The notes below the pieces were generated by a model. It was given only the letters and a program-made list of their open reading frames with translations. It was not told the DNA's origin and did not search any database. From Aliivibrio fischeri ES114 (lineage in GTDB: Bacteria; Pseudomonadota; Gammaproteobacteria; Enterobacterales; Vibrionaceae): DNA of 32,000 nucleotides. Both the position numbers and the translations under genes were made by a program. Every line of letters begins with the position of its first letter. Position 1 is the stretch's first letter. Location: the NCBI RefSeq assembly GCF_000011805.1, contig NC_006840.2. One strand, written 5' to 3'. Below are positions 18,813 to 28,837 of this stretch, piece after piece.

Positions 18813-19778
18813 TTATTTGTTATAAATACCAAACTGCTCCATAGCGTAGGCTACACGAGCTTCAGGAGTAGGGTAAGGAACGGTTTCTTCTAAGCTTTCA
18901 ATATGCTTAAGTCTAGGTAATAAACCTGTACCATTTGCAATTTGAATCGCAAGACCTGGGCGAGCATTCAGCTCTAGAACCATAGGACCATATTCCTTAT
19001 CAAGAACCATATCTGTTCCCATATAGCCTAAGCCCGTCATTTCCCAAGCACTTGATGCCAGAGTTAATAACTTTTCCCAATGAGGTACTTCAAGTGTGCT
19101 TAGTAGCTTACCTGTGTCAGGGTGGGTTTCTACTGGTAAATCAAACTGTACGGCACGTACTGCTCTACCTGTACCAATATCTATACCAACACCCACAGCC
19201 CCTTGGTGTAGGTTAGCTTTACCATCTGAGTCTGATGTCGATAAACGCATCATAGCCATAACAGGGTAGCCTTTAAATACGATAATTCGTACATCAGGTA
19301 CACCTTCATAACTGAATCCATCAAAAACATCATCAAATTGGATTAAGTTCTCGATAACCGCAACGTCATTCTTACCACCCAATGAGAAAAGACCTGCAAG
19401 GGTATTGGTAATATGGCGTTCAACATCTTGCTTTGATGCTTCAGCACCAGATGGCTTAGTATAAACGCCATCTTTATGTGATGTTACAACAAGTATACCT
19501 TTACCACCGCTACCTTGAGCAGGCTTAATAACAAAGCCTGGCCAGTCTTTAACGATGTTGTGAATATTTTTTACTTCAGCTTGGCTATCGATCACCCCAA
19601 TTAGCTTTGGAACTGTTGCTCCTGCTTTTTCGGCAATGATCTTGGTTTTCAATTTGTCATCAACCAATGGGTATTTGCTTCTGTCGTTGTAACGGCCAAT
19701 ATAGCTGCCGTTACGTTGGTTCATACCCATGATGCCTTTTGCTTTTAGTTTTGACGGAGAAGTAAATCTACTAAACAT
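18813..19778 (-). CDS. RimK-related ATP-grasp ligase ('alpha-L-glutamate ligase-like' family); substrate unknown
   Basis: 321 aa with no signal peptide. ATP-grasp hallmarks are the glycine-rich loop FVIKPAQGSGGKGILVV and the Mg/ATP-binding E-x-N (VLELNARPGL). Its ATG lies 3 nt after the stop of the upstream 7TM gene. Confidence 0.8.
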   Translation of the reverse strand: MFSRFTSPSKLKAKGIMGMNQRNGSYIGRYNDRSKYPLVDDKLKTKIIAEKAGATVPKLIGVIDSQAEVKNIHNIVKDWPGFVIKPAQGSGGKGILVVTSHKDGVYTKPSGAEASKQDVERHITNTLAGLFSLGGKNDVAVIENLIQFDDVFDGFSYEGVPDVRIIVFKGYPVMAMMRLSTSDSDGKANLHQGAVGVGIDIGTGRAVRAVQFDLPVETHPDTGKLLSTLEVPHWEKLLTLASSAWEMTGLGYMGTDMVLDKEYGPMVLELNARPGLAIQIANGTGLLPRLKHIESLEETVPYPTPEARVAYAMEQFGIYNK

Positions 19779-19781
19779 AGG

Positions 19782-21290
19782 TTAGTCCTCCGCTAGTGGC
19801 TTAAAGCGACGAAGCTCACTTAGTCGGTAACCTGTGTAGTTACCTAGCATTAGAATAAGTGCTAAGACAATTAGCTGTATACCAATGAAGTTAAATGTAA
19901 GGTGCTGTACAAATGGGTTTGTCATTGCGATATAAATAATTACCGCTGTTAGTAATGAACCACCACCTTGTGTAGCAACTTCTTTCCAACCTTCTTCTTC
20001 CCAAAGGATAGACATACGTTCAACCGTCCAAGATAGAATGATCATTGGGAAGAACGTGATACTCAGACCTGCTGTTAGTCCAATCTTGAATGCAACGATA
20101 GTAAACAGAGAAATGATCATAATAACCGTGATGATAACGGCTGAGATCCTGGCAACTAAGAGTAAGTTAAGTTTTGATAAGTAACTTCGGATAATCAAGC
20201 CAGTACCAACAATTAACAAGAAGCCAACAATACCTGTTACTAATTGTGTTTGTACAAATGCAACCGCAATTAGAACGGGCATGAAAGTACCAGATGTTTT
20301 TAAGCCGATAATGATTCTTAAGAAAACAACAATCAAAGCACCAATTGGAATCAACATGATGGTTTTAAACATCGATTGTTCTTCCAGAGGTAGACTGTGA
20401 ATCGAGAAGTTTAATAAGTTATCTGCTTCTACTTTTTTATCCGTAGCTGCGGCAGGAGAAATTTCCTGTGCAATCATAGAGAAGTGAATTTGACTGTTTT
20501 TACCACCAACAACATCTAGTAATGAAACGTTAGTCTCATCCCAAAGAAGTAGATTTGACGGTTGGCCTTGTTCGCCTGTTTCTGGATTAAACAGTATCCA
20601 ATGTTCACCGCTCCACACTTCAATCATGTGCTGAACTGATTGGCGACGGCGACCATCTTCTAACCAAAGAGTACCAACTACTTTATTGTGGATATTCTCA
20701 AAGCTCAGTAATTTAGAGATAGCTTGAACTTTAGTCAGGTCATTAAGAAGTAATGATGCATTTTGGTTATCATTATCATTAAACTGCTTAATAAGCTCAC
20801 GAGTCAGTGTAATGTCATTAGAAGAACGTTGGCGCGCTTGTTCTAGTAATGAAATTGCTGCTGCTTCATGTGGTCCTTCAAATGTTACAGCTTCTGGCTT
20901 CTCTGTTTTAGGTGGCTCAATCGTTGCACTAGCTTGAGGGTCAACTAAAATTTGAGTTTTGTAGTACAGAGTTTGAGGGCCATCAGCTTGACGAATTGTC
21001 CATTCAGCTCGACGTCCATGCTCTGTTGTTAGATAAGCAATACCATAGCCTGGAGACGAAGCACTTTCATCGACAATAGTAAAACCGGTTTGAGTTTGTG
21101 GAGCAGCCATAGAAACCTTAACAGGTTTATTTATAGCATCAAATTGAATACGGGCTTCAACATCCCATACTTGGCTTCTTTCTCCTGGAGTCCAAGGCAC
21201 ACCATATGAGTCATGGCGAAGCCAGCTCAATGTAAGTCCTGCAACAATTAATAGCGAGATAAGAAAATAAAAAGGCACTCTTGATGGCAT
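19782..21290 (-). CDS. Membrane protein: N-terminal TM anchor + transglutaminase-like (catalytically inactive) extracytoplasmic domain + C-terminal 7-TM bundle
   Basis: 502 aa. An N-terminal TM segment (FYFLISLLIVAGLTLSWL) is followed by a roughly 300-aa soluble region. That region contains the transglutaminase-core-like segment QHMIEVWSGEHWILFNPETG. About seven hydrophobic helices follow, from roughly residue 330 to 490. The whole protein contains no cysteine, so no transglutaminase catalytic Cys is possible. Confidence 0.75.
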   Translation of the reverse strand: MPSRVPFYFLISLLIVAGLTLSWLRHDSYGVPWTPGERSQVWDVEARIQFDAINKPVKVSMAAPQTQTGFTIVDESASSPGYGIAYLTTEHGRRAEWTIRQADGPQTLYYKTQILVDPQASATIEPPKTEKPEAVTFEGPHEAAAISLLEQARQRSSNDITLTRELIKQFNDNDNQNASLLLNDLTKVQAISKLLSFENIHNKVVGTLWLEDGRRRQSVQHMIEVWSGEHWILFNPETGEQGQPSNLLLWDETNVSLLDVVGGKNSQIHFSMIAQEISPAAATDKKVEADNLLNFSIHSLPLEEQSMFKTIMLIPIGALIVVFLRIIIGLKTSGTFMPVLIAVAFVQTQLVTGIVGFLLIVGTGLIIRSYLSKLNLLLVARISAVIITVIMIISLFTIVAFKIGLTAGLSITFFPMIILSWTVERMSILWEEEGWKEVATQGGGSLLTAVIIYIAMTNPFVQHLTFNFIGIQLIVLALILMLGNYTGYRLSELRRFKPLAED

Positions 21291-21398
21291 AACGTCCTCA
21301 TTGTAATGGCATAAGTGGAAGATAATTATAATTGTAATTCATGCGGTAATTTATGCTACTAAGATATTGAATAAATTACCGCTTATTTGAGGTAGGAG

Positions 21399-22169
21399 CT
21401 ATTTTTTGCTTTGAACGAATTCTTTGCTGACATCAACAACAGCGATATCTTGAATAAACTCACGACCTAATAAAACAGAATGGGTCATGTGAGATCGATC
21501 TGCAAGAGTAAATTGAACTTTTTCATGGATTGCACCAAGTTTGATCCATAATTCAACTACTGGACGGCGTTCTGCATCATCAGCTGTTGCTTGACGAATT
21601 TTTACGTTACGAATAACAGGTGCTGTAATCCACTCCAATTTGCCATCGTCAGCTTTTACGTCTTGGTTTACTAAATGGAATCGAACCCATTGGCTACCAT
21701 TACGTTCAAATTCTTGTAAATCAACTGCATTTAAAGAAGAGGTTGTTGCACCTGTATCAATACGAGCGGTAAATGCTTGTTTGATATCAGCGATTTCAAC
21801 GTTTTCAATTGCGCCAAGCACAATGGTGTCTTTTAGAGCTTGAGATTGCATAGAAACAGGCAGCGGGGCAAGACGTTTTTTCTTAGATGTCGCGACTCTA
21901 ATGCTGTTTTGAATTTTTGTTTGTTCTGAACGAACAATAGATAATTCTTCAGAAACGTTAGATAATTCTTTTTCTAATGTAGAAATATACTCGTTTTGAG
22001 TCTCAATTTTACCTTCCATCGTATCTAAACGAGTATTCAGGTTGGTTTCCATTGATTTAATTGCAGCGACGGTTTCTGAATTGTCTGAAGCTAAAGGTTG
22101 AGCTTGTTGTGTAAGAGCACAGCCAGAAAGGCTTAAAACTGCAACCAGTGGTAGAATTCGTTGGATCAT
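21399..22169 (-). CDS. Lipoprotein with coiled-coil linker and C-terminal retropepsin-like aspartic peptidase domain (the family annotated 'ATP-dependent zinc protease', RimB-like)
   Basis: 256 aa. It has a signal peptide plus lipobox MIQRILPLVAVLSLSG|C. Residues about 35-95 are heptad-like and Glu/Ser/Asn-rich. The C-terminal domain carries ARIDTGATTSSL (the D-T-G-A catalytic signature) and VLLGREFI. Confidence 0.75.
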   Translation of the reverse strand: MIQRILPLVAVLSLSGCALTQQAQPLASDNSETVAAIKSMETNLNTRLDTMEGKIETQNEYISTLEKELSNVSEELSIVRSEQTKIQNSIRVATSKKKRLAPLPVSMQSQALKDTIVLGAIENVEIADIKQAFTARIDTGATTSSLNAVDLQEFERNGSQWVRFHLVNQDVKADDGKLEWITAPVIRNVKIRQATADDAERRPVVELWIKLGAIHEKVQFTLADRSHMTHSVLLGREFIQDIAVVDVSKEFVQSKK

Positions 22170-22248
22170 TTTATGTTCCGTTGAGTTAAATTAACATGTG
22201 CATAATAACGATAATAAATGGGAGCGAATAGCCCCCAAATGTTAAAGT

Positions 22249-23223
22249 TTAGTCAGGTTTCTTTGCTATTAAAATCGCACGTTTTGGTGCCGGATGACCT
22301 TCAATGGTTTTTGTTGAATCATTTGGGTCTAAGTATTCAGGTAGAGAGTTGTGTTTCATCCATTCAGTAGAGCGTTGCTCGCCTGTTGTTGTCACACATT
22401 CATCTACTATTTTTACATCGACAAATCCCACGCTCTCTAACCATACTTTTAGTGCTCGAGCTGATGGGAAGAAGTATACATTGCGCATTTGAGCGTAGCG
22501 ATCAACTGGCATTAATACTGCGTTTTCGTCGCCATCAATAACTAATGTTTCTAGCACCAACTCTCCACCAGCAACTAATTGATTTTTTAGTTGAATTAGA
22601 TGATCTAGAGGAGAACGACGGTGATACAACACACCCATGCTAAATACGGTGTCAAACGCATTCAATTCAGGAAGCTGCTCAATTCCTAATGGCAATAAGT
22701 GAGCACGTTGGTCATTCCCCATTAGTTTACGAATTGCTTCAAACTGGATTAAAAACAAATGTGAAGGGTCAATACCCACACACAAACGTGCATCTTCACC
22801 AAGCATGCGCCACATATGATATCCGTTACCGCAACCAACATCTAAAACTGAACGATTTTTTAGTGGTGTAATGTGAGGTAACAAACGATCCCACTTCCAA
22901 TCTGATCGCCACTCAGTATCAATATGAATGTCATGAACCGTAAATGGGCCTTTGCGCCACGGATGGAACGTTTGTAATAAGTTTTCTAATTTTTTGCGTT
23001 CGCCATCAATTAATGGTGTGTTATTTGATAGCGTTACTGATGATTTTAAGTCGATATTATCAGCGCATCCCTCTGGGATTTTTTTCAACGCTTTTATCCA
23101 ACGCTCAATATCACCATGTTCTGCATTCTGCCAATCTGTTAGTTGTTGAGGCAATGTATTTAACCAAGGTTGAAGAACGGTATCTTGGGCAATTAGTTGA
23201 TAAAAATTAGCAAAATTAAACAT
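22249..23223 (-). CDS. cmoB: tRNA U34 carboxymethyltransferase CmoB
   Basis: 324 aa with [19 protein letters not shown] and the SAM-MTase motif [11 protein letters not shown]. It lies downstream of cmoA, as in the E. coli cmoAB operon. Confidence 0.92.
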   Translation of the reverse strand: MFNFANFYQLIAQDTVLQPWLNTLPQQLTDWQNAEHGDIERWIKALKKIPEGCADNIDLKSSVTLSNNTPLIDGERKKLENLLQTFHPWRKGPFTVHDIHIDTEWRSDWKWDRLLPHITPLKNRSVLDVGCGNGYHMWRMLGEDARLCVGIDPSHLFLIQFEAIRKLMGNDQRAHLLPLGIEQLPELNAFDTVFSMGVLYHRRSPLDHLIQLKNQLVAGGELVLETLVIDGDENAVLMPVDRYAQMRNVYFFPSARALKVWLESVGFVDVKIVDECVTTTGEQRSTEWMKHNSLPEYLDPNDSTKTIEGHPAPKRAILIAKKPD

Positions 23224-23259
23224 AAATATCTTTATATAGTTGGTGATAACAAAACAGGG

Positions 23260-24009
<750 letters not shown>

Positions 24010-24194
24010 TTATGACATCCATACGAAACTCATACAACTCTAGGTAAATATTGAACTCTACTTACCTAGAACGGCATGATTCATAGCACTCCAGCTTATG
24101 ATGGCGCTATTGTAGTGAATTCTTCAGTTAATGTCTTTAGGGCAATGAAAATTGAAAGCGAACTTTTTCAGAGACCTAACAGACTGGAAGTTAC

Positions 24195-24223
24195 TTGGGT
24201 ATACGTTATTTTTCCTTTATAAT
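24195..24223 (+). promoter_or_regulatory. Candidate sigma70 promoter for aspS
   Basis: TTGGGT (24195-24200), a 17-nt spacer, then TATAAT (24218-24223). This would give a 5' UTR of about 145 nt. It is a hexamer match only. Confidence 0.35.
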
Positions 24224-24374
24224 ATCGGCATATTTTTGCGTTTTGTATATTAATTCAGCAGATTGGCTGGTAAATACGTCATTTAGGCAAGCGTGAATAG
24301 AATTATGAAAAATGCAGCACTCCTTTTTTGCTGCATTTACTATTGAACATGTATATTAGATTGGGAAAATCATC

Positions 24375-26150
24375 ATGCGCACCCATTACTGTGGTAACCT
24401 GAACAAGTCCCTTGCAGGGCAAACTGTAGAACTTTGCGGCTGGGTAAACCGTCGCCGTGATTTAGGCGGTCTTATCTTTATTGATATGCGAGATCGTGAA
24501 GGTATCGTTCAGGTAGTTGTTGACCCAGATATGAAAGACGTATTTGAGGTTGCAAGTCAACTGCGTAATGAATTCTGTATCAAATTTACTGGTGAAGTTC
24601 GTGTTCGTCCTGATAGCCAAGTAAATAAAGATATGGCTACTGGTGAAGTAGAACTTTTGGCTACAGGCCTTGAGATCATCAACCGTTCTGCGGCGCTTCC
24701 ATTAGACTTCAACCAAACTAACTCAGAAGAGCAACGTCTGAAGTATCGTTACATTGATTTACGTCGTCCAGAAATGAGTGATCGTATCAAGTTACGTGCT
24801 CGTGCATCAAGCTTCGTTCGTCGTTTCTTAGATGAAAACTTATTCTTAGATATCGAAACGCCAGTATTAACGAAAGCAACACCAGAAGGTGCTCGTGATT
24901 ACTTAGTACCAAGCCGTGTTCATAAAGGTAGCTTCTACGCTCTACCACAATCACCACAGCTATTTAAACAATTGCTAATGATGTCTGGTTTTGACCGTTA
25001 CTACCAAATCGTAAAATGTTTCCGTGATGAAGATTTACGTGCTGACCGTCAACCTGAATTTACTCAAATCGATATCGAAACTTCATTCATGACTTCTCAA
25101 GAAGTTCGTAATGTAACTGAGCGTCTTGTTCACGATATGTGGAAAGAGCTTTTAGATGTTGAGCTTGGTCAATTCCCTGTAATGCCATTCTCTGAAGCGA
25201 TGCGTCGTTTTGGTTCTGATAAACCAGATCTACGTAACCCACTTGAACTTGTTGACGTTGCTGATCTTGTTAAAGATGTAGACTTCAAAGTATTCTCAGG
25301 TCCTGCAAATGATGAAAAAGGTCGTGTAGCAGTTATCCGTGTACCTGGTGGTGCTTCATTATCTCGTAAGCAAATCGATGAGTACGGTAACTTCGTAGGT
25401 ATCTACGGTGCGAAAGGCTTAGCTTGGATGAAAGTGAACGATCGTGCTGCAGGTTTTGAAGGTGTTCAATCTCCAGTTGCTAAGTTCTTAAATGAAGAAG
25501 TAGTAAACGCAATTCTTGAGCGTACTCAAGCTGAAACAGGCGACATCATCCTATTTGGTGCCGATAAAGCAGGTATCGTATCGGAAGCTATGGGTGCACT
25601 ACGTCTTAAGTTAGGTACTGACCTTGAGCTAACAGATACATCTGCATGGGCTCCGTTATGGGTTGTTGATTTCCCAATGTTTGAAGAAGATGGTGAAGGT
25701 AACTTGCATGCGATGCACCACCCATTCACATCTCCTTTAGGTGTTTCTGCTGAAGAGCTACAAGCTAACCCAGCTGTAGCGAACTCTGATGCATACGATA
25801 TGGTAATTAACGGCTACGAAGTTGGTGGTGGTTCTGTACGTATCCATAATGCAGAAATGCAAACAGCGGTATTTGGTATCCTAGGTATCGAAGCTAAAGA
25901 ACAACAAGAGAAATTTGGTTTCTTACTTGAAGCTCTAAAATACGGCACGCCGCCACACGCAGGTCTTGCTTTTGGTCTTGACCGTCTAGCAATGCTACTT
26001 TGTGGTACAGAAAACATCCGTGATGTTATCGCGTTCCCTAAAACAACGGCTGCAGCATGTCTACTTACAGACGCTCCAAGCCTAGCAAACCCTGCTTCTT
26101 TAGAAGAATTGGCGATTGCTGTTAAACTTGCAGAGAAAAAAGACGCATAA
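24375..26150 (+). CDS. aspS: Aspartate--tRNA ligase (class IIb)
   Basis: 591 aa. It begins MRTHYCG, has an OB-fold N-terminus, and shows class II motifs ([18 protein letters not shown]; GGGSVRIH; GLAFGLDRL). Confidence 0.96.
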
Positions 26151-26170
26151 TTAGCGTTTAACTCTTTGTA

Positions 26171-26200
26171 AAAAATGCCCGTATTTATGCGGGCATTTTT
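26171..26200 (+). terminator. Rho-independent terminator of aspS
   Basis: aaaaATGCCCGtatttatgCGGGCATtttt: a 7-9 bp GC-rich stem plus T-run, 20 nt after the stop. Confidence 0.85.
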
Positions 26201-26302
26201 GTATCTATACTATGTAAAGTGAGACAGCTCTTTATTACTAATACCTTGAGTTTATAGTGGTATCTAGCTAATATACATGTATAAATAATCAGTGGTTTTT
26301 AT

Positions 26303-26824
26303 ATGTCTATCATTTTAGGGATTGATCCCGGCTCACGTATTACTGGATATGGTGTTATTCGCCAGAATGGCCGTCATCTGCAATATCTTGGCAGCGGTTG
26401 TATTCGTATGTCTGAAAAAGAACTACCTGGTCGATTAAAGCAAATTTATGCGGGGGTTTCTGAAATTATCACGCAATTCCAACCTGATGTGTTTGCGATT
26501 GAACAAGTATTTATGTCAAAAAATGCTGACTCAGCATTAAAGCTTGGTCAAGCAAGAGGCAGTGCAATTGTCGCCGCAGTGAATGCAGACTTACCCGTTT
26601 ATGAATATGCAGCTCGTTTAATTAAGCAAGCAGTAACAGGGACGGGGGGGGCTGATAAATCTCAAGTTCAACATATGGTCATGAGTATGCTGAAATTACC
26701 GGCTAAGCCACAAGCCGATGCGGCTGATGCATTAGGCGCAGCTATTTGTCATGCAAATACCAATAAAACATTAATTGCGCTAGCCGGAAAAGCAACGGGT
26801 GCACGTCGTGGGCGTTATAGATAA
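26303..26824 (+). CDS. ruvC: Holliday junction resolvase RuvC
   Basis: 173 aa. [16 protein letters not shown] holds catalytic Asp7, AIEQVF holds Glu66, and HMV...[12 protein letters not shown] holds Asp138/141. Confidence 0.95.
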   Translation: MSIILGIDPGSRITGYGVIRQNGRHLQYLGSGCIRMSEKELPGRLKQIYAGVSEIITQFQPDVFAIEQVFMSKNADSALKLGQARGSAIVAAVNADLPVYEYAARLIKQAVTGTGGADKSQVQHMVMSMLKLPAKPQADAADALGAAICHANTNKTLIALAGKATGARRGRYR

Positions 26825-26863
26825 GGAACACCAGTGTCGCTTGTTATAAATTCTCATTTCTTT

Positions 26864-26883
26864 TACTGGATATCTATCCAGTT
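26864..26883 (+). promoter_or_regulatory. LexA (SOS) box upstream of ruvA
   Basis: The sequence is TACTGGATATCTATCCAGTT, i.e. CTGG-N8-CCAG. The 16-bp core CTGGATATCTATCCAG is the same as the E. coli ruvAB SOS box as I recall it. It lies 47 nt upstream of the ruvA GTG. Confidence 0.75.
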
Positions 26884-26929
26884 CTTTATTACTATCTTAA
26901 CTTATTATTTATTTTAAAGAGTATCTATT

Positions 26930-27553
26930 GTGATTGGACGTCTTCGCGGAAATTTATTAGAAAAACAACCACCAGAATTATTAATTGAAGTGAGTGGTAT
27001 TGGCTATGAAGTACAGATGCCAATGAGCTGTTTTTATGAATTACCAGAAGTTGGTTCGGAAGCCATTATTTATACTCATTATGTTGTACGTGAAGATGCA
27101 CAGCTACTATATGGTTTTAATACTAAAAATGAACGAGCGTTGTTTCGTGAAGTAATTAAAGCAAATGGTGTTGGTCCTAAACTGGGCTTAGCTATTCTAT
27201 CAGGAATGACGGCAGCGCAATTTGTGCAAAGTGTTGAACGTGAAGATATCTCAACTTTAGTTAAGTTACCGGGTGTTGGTAAAAAGACAGCGGAAAGACT
27301 TGTTGTTGAAATGAAAGATAGATTAAAAGGATGGGGAGCGGGTGATCTGTTTACGCCAGCGACCGATGCCGCGCCAATGGATGATGGTTCAGAATTTATC
27401 ACATCTCCACAAAGTGCTGTGGATGAAGCGGTTAGTGCATTAATTGCATTAGGTTATAAACCTCAGCAAGCATCTAAGACTGTTTCTCAAATTGCTAAGC
27501 CGGACATGACCAGCGAAGTATTGATCCGTGAATCATTAAAGTCGATGATTTAA
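26930..27553 (+). CDS. ruvA: Holliday junction branch-migration complex subunit RuvA
   Basis: GTG start, (M)[26 protein letters not shown]. It has HhH motifs ([12 protein letters not shown]) and a C-terminal domain III. Confidence 0.95.
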   Translation: MIGRLRGNLLEKQPPELLIEVSGIGYEVQMPMSCFYELPEVGSEAIIYTHYVVREDAQLLYGFNTKNERALFREVIKANGVGPKLGLAILSGMTAAQFVQSVEREDISTLVKLPGVGKKTAERLVVEMKDRLKGWGAGDLFTPATDAAPMDDGSEFITSPQSAVDEAVSALIALGYKPQQASKTVSQIAKPDMTSEVLIRESLKSMI

Positions 27554-27580
27554 TCATCTTCTAATTGTTGAGTACTTATT

Positions 27581-28594
27581 ATGATTGAAGCTGATCGTTT
27601 AATTGCAGCAGATAACCCAACTTTTCGTGAAGAGGATGTGATTGATAGAGCCATCCGTCCTAAAAAGCTAGATGATTACCAAGGCCAAGACCATGTTCGT
27701 AGCCAAATGGAGATTTTCATTAAAGCTGCACAAATGCGTGAAGAAGCACTGGATCACTTACTCATTTTTGGCCCTCCAGGTTTAGGTAAGACAACATTAG
27801 CCAATATTGTAGCTAATGAGATGGGCGTAAATATAAGAACGACATCAGGACCGGTTCTTGAAAAAGCAGGGGACTTAGCTGCATTACTAACTAATTTAGA
27901 AGAAAACGACATTTTATTTATTGATGAAATTCATCGTTTAAGTCCTATGGTTGAAGAAGTGCTTTATCCTGCGATGGAAGACTATCAACTTGATATCATG
28001 ATAGGTGAAGGTCCTGCAGCACGTTCAATAAAGATAGATTTACCTCCGTTTACTTTAATTGGTGCAACGACAAGGGCTGGATCATTAACATCTCCGCTTC
28101 GTGATCGTTTTGGTATTGTCCAACGTTTAGAATATTACAAGGTAGAAGATCTTCAGCATATTGTTCAACGCAGTGCAGATTGTTTGAATTTATCCATGGA
28201 ATCTGAAGGTGCATTAGAAGTTGCTCGTCGTGCACGCGGTACTCCACGTATTGCCAACCGTTTATTACGTCGTGTTCGTGACTATGCTGAAGTCATGAGT
28301 GACGGGAACATTTCATCTGAGATTGCTGATAAAGCGCTTAATATGCTCGATGTGGACGTTCGTGGTTTTGATTACATGGACAGAAAGTTATTGTTAGCGA
28401 TTATGGAAAAGTTTGATGGTGGGCCTGTTGGTTTAGATAATATTGCAGCAGCCATTGGTGAAGAGCGTGATACCATTGAAGATGTTATTGAACCTTATCT
28501 CATTCAGCAAGGTTATCTGCAAAGAACGCCTAGAGGACGAATTGTATCCGATAGAGCGTATCTACATTTTGGAATTGATAAGCCTGATAAATAG
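27581..28594 (+). CDS. ruvB: Holliday junction branch-migration ATPase RuvB
   Basis: 337 aa with Walker [10 protein letters not shown], Walker [10 protein letters not shown], sensor residues and a winged-helix C-terminus. Confidence 0.96.
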   Translation: MIEADRLIAADNPTFREEDVIDRAIRPKKLDDYQGQDHVRSQMEIFIKAAQMREEALDHLLIFGPPGLGKTTLANIVANEMGVNIRTTSGPVLEKAGDLAALLTNLEENDILFIDEIHRLSPMVEEVLYPAMEDYQLDIMIGEGPAARSIKIDLPPFTLIGATTRAGSLTSPLRDRFGIVQRLEYYKVEDLQHIVQRSADCLNLSMESEGALEVARRARGTPRIANRLLRRVRDYAEVMSDGNISSEIADKALNMLDVDVRGFDYMDRKLLLAIMEKFDGGPVGLDNIAAAIGEERDTIEDVIEPYLIQQGYLQRTPRGRIVSDRAYLHFGIDKPDK

Positions 28595-28654
28595 ATTTCG
28601 TTACAGTATTAATATATTTACACAGTCTATTAATATTTCAAGCTGAGTTAATTG

Positions 28655-28685
28655 AAAGCGAGTGATCAAAATCACTCGTTTTTTC
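28655..28685 (+). terminator. Rho-independent terminator of ruvAB
   Basis: CGAGTGAT-caaa-ATCACTCG followed by TTTTTT. Confidence 0.85.
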
Positions 28686-28822
28686 GTATATGGATTATTG
28701 AAAGTGTGAAAAATGAACACTTACTAAAAAATAAATGTAATTAACTTACAATTTTGAGACAAACCTTTTGAAAGAAATCTTGTTTCCTATTAATATTAGC
28801 GGGTTCTATATTAGAGTTAACT

Positions 28823-28837
28823 TGACATTTAATTAAC
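28823..28837 (-). promoter_or_regulatory. Candidate ArcA-P binding site upstream of cydA
   Basis: The minus strand reads GTTAATTAAATGTCA, matching the ArcA direct-repeat consensus GTTAATTAAATGTTA (as I recall it) at 14 of 15 positions. It lies about 140 bp upstream of the cydA ATG. ArcA control of cydAB is established in E. coli. Confidence 0.45.

Noticed and set aside
26277-26292. LexA-like element ATGTATAAATAATCAG just upstream of ruvC.
   Set aside because: It has mismatches in both critical trinucleotide regions (ATG for CTG, and TCAG for ACAG). ruvC is not SOS-regulated in E. coli. It overlaps what is more likely the ruvC promoter/RBS region.
28607-28796. Three copies of the palindromic 9-mer TATTAATAT (28607, 28628, 28788) between ruvB and cydA; the first two are 21 bp apart.
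   Set aside because: Short AT-only palindromes are expected by chance in such AT-rich spacers. The first two lie between the ruvB stop and its terminator. I know of no regulator with this site.
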